NCBI GenBank assembly: GCA_043228905.1 | Contig: JBHGNT010000006.1 | Coordinates: 18,290,001 to 18,354,000 of the forward strand | Source: Azolla caroliniana | Lineage: Eukaryota > Plantae > Polypodiophyta | Direction of reading: 5' to 3' | DNA length: 64,000 bases | In this document: positions 59,853 through 64,000 of the stretch, piece by piece | Layout: the number at the start of each line of letters is the position of its first letter | Position numbering within the stretch: position 1 is the first letter of the stretch | Notes under the pieces: generated by a model | Told to the model about the DNA's origin: nothing | Databases searched by the model: none | Seen by the model: only the letters and a program-made list of their open reading frames with translations | Made by a program: the position numbers and the translations under genes

Positions 59853-62800
59853 TGTTGCACAAGAATTTGCCTCTCAAAACTCTAGCACAATACATCTAGA
59901 AACACACAAGGCACATCATCATGGGGCACCATAACAACATCTTTGAGTTTAAGAAAGACCACAAACACAAAAGGAGATGAATGAGTATGACAAAGACAAT
60001 CAATGATGAAATATGAGAGGGGAAGATCTAAATTAAGAGTTGATAATATTATATATACATAAACTCTCATTACATGAAAGAGGGTTCATTAGATTTTATG
60101 ATAATCCTCCAAGTACAAGAAATAAGAGATTAGAAGTGACAAGGATATGTACCATAGTCTATGAGACGGGAAAGGAGAATGAACATAGAGTATGTATTAA
60201 CAAGACGGATACCAATCTAGGGCTTCCTTGTGTACGATACACCTTTGCCGACACCGAGTACTTCCCGAAATGAGCTCAAGGATGTTCTGAGGTGGAGCCT
60301 TGATCTGATATTCCCCTCCTCGCTTAAGGCCTAAAACCGAGTGTTAGGTGGGGTATGTCCGAGATACGATTTTAACCATAACCCATTGACCCATTTAGGC
60401 ATGATCTCGTTGGCTAATGTCCCGAGGTGGAAAATCCCGTTGAATTTGTCAATGATCCAAAAAGGGCCCGTCCAACGGAAATAGAGTTCCCCTGGCATCG
60501 ATCCGAGCCAAGTTTGAAAAACTAGGACCGCCTTACTGATTTCAAAGGATTTCTCAGACCCTTTCCAATGGCGATTGACAAAAGCTTTTCGTTTCCTCAC
60601 ACCTTGCTCCAATTGACTGAGTCTGGCAAGCCGATGCTCCTTGAGTTCGAGTAATTTCTTGAGTCACCTTTGGTCTGACTCATTCTCAGGAAGTCTCTCG
60701 GAGATTTGTATTCGTAAACTCGGCACCTGGAATTCAATGGGCATGATGGCTTCCAAGCCGAATACCAGCTGAAAAGGTGTGAACTTTGTACTTGTTTTGA
60801 ATGTCGTGCGATATGCCAGAGTGCACTATAGAGCTTACCATCCCAATCGGTGCGATTTTCATTCGCGATTTTCTTTAGGATGTTCTGCAGTGTTTTATTT
60901 GTTGACTCGGTCAGGCCATTGGCTTGTGGGTAGTGCTTTTCATATGGACCATCATGTAATGAGTTGTGAGTTCCCAGATTATTTTATTGAGTAAATGGCC
61001 GCCTTAGTCGCTTACGAGCTCGATTGGCCAGCCAAAACAACACCATAAGTTTCGTAAAAAAAAATTGTTGTCGATATAATCGTATTGTTCTGGAGTGCCT
61101 TTGCTTCAACCCACTTAGTACAATAGTTAGTCACAACAATAATATATTGATTTCCTATGCGAGCCGCGGCCAGTTTGAATGGCCCGACGAAATCCAGACC
61201 CCAATTCTGAAAAGGCTCGAGGAGGAGAATCGGTTGGTGAGGCATTCAGGCCTACTCGGTGGGTTGGCCCATGCGCTAGCATATATCGCATTGACGACAG
61301 AATTCATGGGAATCCTTTTGTGTTGTTGGCCACCATAAGCCGCTTCGCCAAATTTTGTGAGCCATTGTGTCTCCAGCATAATGCACTCTGGGTATCCCAT
61401 AATGAGCTTCTTGGAGGATCGCGTCCTTTTCGAACCGCCGCACCGCGCAGTACTAGATGTCGTCCGAGCCGACTCAAATAGTCCACTACCTTGTGTTGTA
61501 CCCTTGGCCGATGGTGTATGTTGAATTCAAATTCTTGTAAAAGTAACATCCACCGTGCTAGTCAGTCGATCAGTGCCTACTTCGTGACTAAATATAGCAT
61601 AGCCGAGTGATCGACGTTGAATGTAAATTTTTTGCCAAGTAGATAGTGCCGAAACTTTGTTATGTTGTATATATCATTACGAGAGCTTCACGTTCCATTG
61701 TCAAATAGTTCTTTTCGGAAGCCGAAAGTTGTTTGCTAGCATAATTAGCTGAAAGTTGTTTGCTAGCATAATACACTGGCTGATACCAACTTGGGGGTTT
61801 CATTTACATTAGAGCGCTTCCGATAGCCACATCGGAAGCATCGAAAAACACATGAAATGGTTATGAACAATCGGGGGGTTGCACAACCAGTCCATGCGAT
61901 AGCATAACCTTGAGAGCCTTGTAAGCTGCTTCTTCCGTTTCCGTCCATTGGAAAGGTACTTGATGCACTACTGCGTGTAGTGGTGTCGCGAACTCAACCA
62001 GATAACATAGCATTCGAGTATGCCATCTAATTTTTCCCAATAATCAGTTGAGGGTCTTTAGTGTGGTAGGAGCCGGGGCACTGAAGATGGCCTGGCTTGC
62101 ACCTTGTGGGGCGCCATGGTGATCCCTTCGCGGTTGAAAATATGCGCCAGCAAAGCACAACTACAAACATAAAATGCGCATTTCACGAGGTTCTGACTAA
62201 GCCGAGCTTGTCGACAATGTTCGAGACAAAGGCGTAATTGGGTGAGATGCTCTATTTGTCAACCCTAAACTGCAACATCATCAAGGAACACTTGCATGAA
62301 TGTTGGAATGTAGTCTTCGAAAATTTCGGCGATGATACATTGGAATGTGGCTGGTGTCATTTTTAACCCAAACATAATCACGACTGTGACGAAAACGCCT
62401 GGTTCTATTACAAATGTTGTTTTTTCTTGGTTGTCAGGGTGCATGTGGATTTGATTGTACCCACTGAACCCATCCAAGAAGCTATATTGCTCATGACCCG
62501 CCACACTATCGAGCACACCATCTATAAATGGAAGAGGAAAAGTGTAAGTGATGGTGGTCACGTTCAACTTCCTATAATCAACGCAAACCCTTATTTTTCC
62601 ATTTTACTTTGGAACGACCACAATGGGACTTAAGCACATGGCACATTTGACTAGTTGAATGAACCCCACCTGAAGGAGCTTGCCGATTTCCTCTTTCACT
62701 TTTGCCGCAAAATTAGGATTCATTCTGGAACGACATTGTTGTACCGGTCGTGCATCGTGTGTCAGATGGGTGTGGTGCTAATAGTATGTCAGGACTAACC

Positions 62801-64000
62801 CTTTCATGTCGTTGTATGACCATGAAAAGATGTCCTTATATTCCGTGAGCAAACCAACCAGTGTCGAGGGTTCGTCAGGAGTCAGCTCTTTTGCTATTTT
62901 TAGTGTTCTCGGATCCGTGGTGGTACCGAGATTAATCTCTTCTAGTGTTGATGCCTTCAACTGTTCAGATATGGCTAGTTCTCATTCGAGCGCTTCGCGT
63001 GCATACCGTAATTCTTCGATCGATTTCGGATCGGGTTCTCGGTCGATCTCTTGCTCTTCTCCCGCCGCCTCAGAAACATAAGGGTTGACTGTTGTTAGAA
63101 TGTCGATGTCGAATAGTGGAACAATCTGCGGGTGATCCTCTAGGATGTGGTCAAGCTCCTCCTCAGTTAGTCCATCGAGCATGTGAACACCTTCCGCATA
63201 TAGGGCAATGGTATCTTATGGGCTGCATATTTGTTCCTTCGTGATGACACGTACCTTAGTTTTCACACACCGGAACGAGATCATATTGTGCAACCAGTGT
63301 TGCTTAATGTTGCCCATGCGTACCCAAGGACGGTCGAGCAGCATTTGGTAGGCATTAGGAGCATCTAGTCGTAACACCACAACCGAAATCATGAAGGTGT
63401 GGCCTTCGAGAATAAAATCGAGGTGTTAGATTAAATAGATCGCCCGAATGGATTGTGTATCTAGCATATAGAGCCAAAATGGGCATGCTTTCCATTGGGT
63501 AATGCCAAGAACTCGGCAAGTAGCCTTGTTGAAGGCATTGACCCCCAATCCCCCATCGACAATACAACCGTGAACATACCGCCCTTTCATAATGATCTTT
63601 ACAAACGGGTTCTGGGAGTCCATTAGTGGTGGTCTTGTACTTGGCTCGATTATCTGGAGGTCGTCAATTATTACCCTATTTTTGTTGACCTTGATTATGA
63701 TGGGGAGGTCGTCGATTGTCCCTATGGTATCTCGATTTGCAAACATCGTCACGATCATAGTCATAACGGTAGTAGTCGTCAATTGGTTGATAGCGCTCCT
63801 CCCTGGGCCGGTAAAGGTCGTCCTCTATCCTATAACACTCGTCCTTGGGCCAGTACCTATTGTCCCCTCAATAACTATCCTCCTTGAGTCGGTATCGATC
63901 TTCACGTCTATAACAATCCTCGTACCATGTCTGCTCGGCTTCCCGATTTCTAAGATGAACGATTGCGATCATCCTGACGAGGGTGATCATGGCAGGGCTC
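59853..64000 (-). mobile_element. Degenerate non-chromovirus (Athila/Tat-like) gypsy N; 3' LTR ~59853-60310; continues beyond the window
   Basis: CIVDGGLGVN protease, FPLPFID..SFLDGFSGYNQI, FLDD, LLQEFEF..DYLSR, WGLDFVGP, RWTGPF; PPT GAGGAGGGGAA at 60311-60321. Confidence 0.85.

Overview
Eukaryotic, almost certainly plant, heterochromatin-like DNA; the retroelement types suggest a seed-free land plant (inference). Over 90% of the window is nested retrotransposons: about ten Ty1/copia copies or fragments, four Ty3/gypsy-type elements (one of them tentative) and one L1-type LINE. I resolved many boundaries by TG..CA LTR ends, PBS/PPT and matching target-site duplications (E GACGT, G TTTTT, F GGAAC, L AGGAC, M GTTTG, J 4-bp GCGT/ACGT). 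Letters are my own labels. The only host-like gene is an intronless 128-aa secreted, 10-Cys protein (40266-40652, minus) with the motifs of the KP4 killer-toxin family of fungi and a mycovirus. Once the 17.6-kb element G is removed, this gene sits between two direct copies of an unclassified repeat. Other oddities: a gypsy element that integrated with 61-bp perfect inverted ends instead of two LTRs; an RNA-hairpin array in its leader; a copia with a 39-bp remnant 5' LTR; a Gag capsid swap between copia families; a tRNA-Trp-primed gypsy with an apparent -1 frameshift after the protease; and strong CCGG enrichment in young elements. No rRNA, tRNA gene or CRISPR was seen.
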